In this document: in pieces, positions 62,731-64,000 of the stretch
Numbering within the stretch: the first letter of the stretch is position 1
Layout: the number at the start of each line of letters is the position of its first letter
Assembly: GCF_006345805.1 (NCBI RefSeq)
Contig: NC_043024.1
Coordinates: forward strand, 10,974,001 to 11,038,000
Source: Octopus sinensis
Lineage: Eukaryota
DNA length: 64,000 nucleotides
Reading direction: 5' to 3'
Position numbers and translations under genes: made by a program
The notes under the pieces: model-generated
The model's input: the letters and a program-made list of their open reading frames with translations, nothing else
What the model was told of the DNA's origin: nothing
Database searches by the model: none

Positions 62731-63307
62731 GAAATCCATATGTATACACACACATTGCAAATGTTTTGCTAAACTCTGACGAAGTGAATTTTATTGTATT
62801 ATATAATTTCAACAAACAATTATGCAATAATAACAGTTAGTTTGTCAAAACATGGGTATGTTTTATATAGCATAAAACACCATATATGTTTTCTGTATTT
62901 TATTAATACTATACATGTGCATGTGTGTGCATGCATGTGCATAAGTTTTTTGTCTCGATATGTGCTTGCTAATTGTAAACAAATGGGATTGTTCATTTTC
63001 TATCCTCCACAACAATTTGTCAGGTCATTGAGCTCTTCATTGACCAGGAGAACTATAAGCTCACTTGGAAACAAGTGAGGTCTTGCAACAGAAAAAGCAA
63101 TTTGGCCATAGAAAAAAAAAATTTTTTTTTAAAAACCATCCTCACCAAATTTTGTCCAACTCATACAAGCATAGAAAGAAAATGGACCCTAAAAGGAGTG
63201 ATGATAGTTATGATAATAATAGTTAGGGTCGGTGATGATGATGAAGATCTGAAAACAGAGACAACAAGAATGTAACCATTCTTGATATTCACAGCCTCCA
63301 GATATAC

Positions 63308-63338
<31 letters not shown>

Positions 63339-63609
63339 AAATAAAATAAAACATATGCATATATACATACATATATGTACGTACCTACCTCTACATGTAT
63401 ATATACACGCATATATGAGTACAGGACACCAAAAAGGACGTCGAACACGAAGAGAAACGAAAACATAGACACAAACCAAAGGAACTGGACATTTTTTTAA
63501 AAACAACAAAAAAATAGAGTACAGGACAATTAACACAAAGAAAAAAAACCCTTCTTCAGTCGCTAAAGGTTTCATTTACTCTTATACATATATATATATA
63601 TATACTCAC

Positions 63610-63691
63610 CTGAGTGGGAAAATAAACGACCGGTACAGTGGTAACCCTCATTCTCACATGTGAATCGATTTGTGTACGACTTAGTAGATGC
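63610..63691 (-). CDS. CATIP: CATIP homologue, upstream exon
   Basis: (G)HLLSRTQIDSHVRMRVTTVPVVYFPTQ; resembles GHLAKRIQVGSP; cag acceptor and gtgagt donor; ends in phase 0, so it does not join 61268 directly. Confidence 0.6.
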
Positions 63692-63712
63692 CTGCAATAT
63701 GATATTATATAT

Positions 63713-63761
<49 letters not shown>

Positions 63762-63842
63762 AAATTCAAATGAACATGAAAACAAGTAAGGGAAAGAGAA
63801 TGAAAGACAAAGAAACATGGAAATCTTAGCTATAGAGACAGA

Positions 63843-64000
63843 ACTACAAATGCAGTTTCAGTGCATCTAAAGTCAAAAATCCTCTCTTCAGCTATGGAGA
63901 CCATACCACAAATGCAGTTTCGGTGCATCTAAAGTCAGAAATCCTCTCTTCAGCTATGGAGACCATACTACAAATGCAGTTTTGGTGCATCTAAAGTCAG
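63843..64000. repeat. 62-bp tandem repeat, truncated by the window edge
   Basis: Unit starts at 63844, 63906 and 63968. Confidence 0.9.

Noticed and set aside
63843-64000. CTGAAGA...GAAAC on the minus strand of the 62-bp tandem repeat, suggesting a retrozyme array
   Set aside because: No credible stem II forms and stem I has a G.G mismatch next to the core. Worth a rescan only if the repeat continues beyond the window.

Overview
AT-rich, intron- and repeat-dense animal genomic DNA. It is most likely an octopod cephalopod (Octopus); this is an inference from the SINE/RTE/MITE families and microsatellite load and was not checked by search. Three spliced genes were reconstructed by hand with GT-AG junctions. 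(1) TBL3/UTP13, minus strand: 12 coding exons from ATG at 19232 to 408, running off the left edge, all phases consistent. (2) DUS1L, plus strand, complete: 12 coding exons, 21603-41095, 491 aa, head-to-head with TBL3. (3) The last exons of a CATIP/C2orf62 homologue, minus strand: 63691-54313, with one unresolved phase mismatch. Most of the remaining sequence is tRNA-derived SINEs, RTE/CR1/L1/R4-type LINE fragments, piggyBac-, hAT- and Tc1/mariner-type MITEs, Helitron/Helentron derivatives, foldbacks and simple repeats. Most ORFs in the supplied track are repeat artefacts. Two themes stand out. First, several mutually unrelated type I hammerhead-ribozyme-like folds occur (best 60581-60643; others 62761-62853, 42161-42254, 6804-6860), each deviating from the canonical core or stems. 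Second, small transposons appear to move as multimers: a hAT MITE trimer whose spacers carry fossil 8-bp TSDs, piggyBac MITE arrays sharing one 23-bp spacer at three loci, and TSD-flanked SINE dimers/trimers with an identical junction.
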